Shown in pieces: positions 62,808 through 64,000 of a DNA stretch of 64,000 nucleotides. Where the stretch lies: NCBI GenBank assembly GCA_965287045.1, contig OZ336893.1, forward strand, positions 27,094,001 through 27,158,000. The letters are read 5' to 3'. Position 1 is the first letter of the stretch, and each line of letters starts with the position of its first letter. Under the pieces are notes generated by a model. That model saw only the letters and a program-made list of their open reading frames with translations. It had not been told where the DNA came from and made no database searches. A program made the translations under genes and the position numbers. Origin of the DNA: Carcharhinus amblyrhynchos. Taxonomy: Eukaryota.

Positions 62808-64000
62808 TATATTTGTTAACATTAACCAATTTTCATCGATGGAATTCGTTTTAAGAAATTGGGACATCCTGTTGTTGCTTTACAGTGCTCTGAGAGGCAC
62901 AGAGACTGTGCTGTCCTCAGCCCTGTTCACATTGCCATCTATCCAGCAGGAGCCACAGACAACAGGGTCAAGCTCAGCTGTGATATCTTTTACTGTTATC
63001 CAGCCTGCTATTGCTCTGGCTCTCATGCAGGAAATGGTCACTTGATTGAGTTAATGGGAATGTGCTGAGTGCCTGTGGAATCAGGTCCAACAGAATTAGC
63101 ACCTAGAATGATAGAATGCCAAGAGTGCAGAAGGAGGCCATTTGACCCATTGAGTCTGCACAAACTACCCCTGACACTAAGGAATAATTTACCATGACCA
63201 ATTAATCTCACCCCCGCACATCTTTGAACGGTGGGAGGAAGCCAGATAACCTGGAGGAAACCCACGCAGACATGGGGAGAATATGCAAAATCCATATAGT
63301 CATCCAGGGCCAGAATTGAACCCGGGTCTCTGGCGCTGTGAGGCAGCAGTGTTAACCACTGGGCCACCTTTTGGGAGGTAGGGAGAAAATTGGGAAGAGT
63401 GAGACCTTGCATTTACAAAGCACTCTTTCAATACCTCAAAGAATCTGAAACAGCAGCTGATGAAGGAATGTTCTGAAAATAATCGCTGGTTTTTAATCTT
63501 ATAAACACAGCAGAAATTTGTGCACAACAGATTCCTAAGAACAATAATAGCCAGACAATATATATTTTACGTTGTGGGTTGAGGGATAAATATTGACTAG
63601 GGTACCAAGGTAACGTCCCTGATTCATTTCAAAAAGGATTTTTATATCCACCAGCAAGGATAGACAGGGATTGGAATTCTGTGGTCTCGCACTCCTCGCT
63701 AACGCTGCCAGTGAGAACCGGGAATTTGGCACTCAGCCCAAACTCCATTCATATCAGCAGGACCGGATAACCCCAGTCACAAGCAAGGTCAGAGACTTCT
63801 GGCCTGGGCCTCTGTTTACCATTTCACTCCAGAAGAAAGCTTATGTTCCAGTGCATCACTCCCCGGTGCTGTACTGAGGTTTCAGGTTATATTTTGTGCT
63901 GCAGTCTCTGGAATGGGATTTGAACCCAGAACTTTGTAGCTTGGAGGCATGAGTGCTGCCACCTGATCCACACTGACACTTGGAACAATAATGTATGAAG

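Overview
Repeat-dense vertebrate genomic DNA. The SINE/LINE families (HE1-like V-SINEs, Deu-domain SINEs, CR1 and L2 LINEs) point to a cartilaginous fish, probably a shark. The only host gene I can support is a complete 5-exon preproendothelin on the + strand. Its CDS is 53458-53512, 54398-54539, 56833-56952, 58544-58678 and 60070-60178 (561 nt, 186 aa, all GT-AG introns with matching phases). It has a TATA/CRE/AP-1 promoter and a distal AATAAA. It is most like EDN2, but edn4 is not excluded. Its mature peptide, [21 protein letters not shown], has Lys where vertebrate endothelins normally have Leu17. The upstream ~53 kb has no recognisable host exon. It is a nested mosaic of CR1/L2 fragments, SINEs, a decayed Harbinger transposase plus a Myb/SANT fragment, many Harbinger-like MITEs, a 17-bp minisatellite and two local inverted duplications. 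It also holds Penelope-like (Neptune-type) retroelements whose terminal repeats carry minimal hammerhead ribozymes, including ORF-less fold-back (palindromic) insertions. Repeat boundaries are approximate and were read by eye; no database search was possible.
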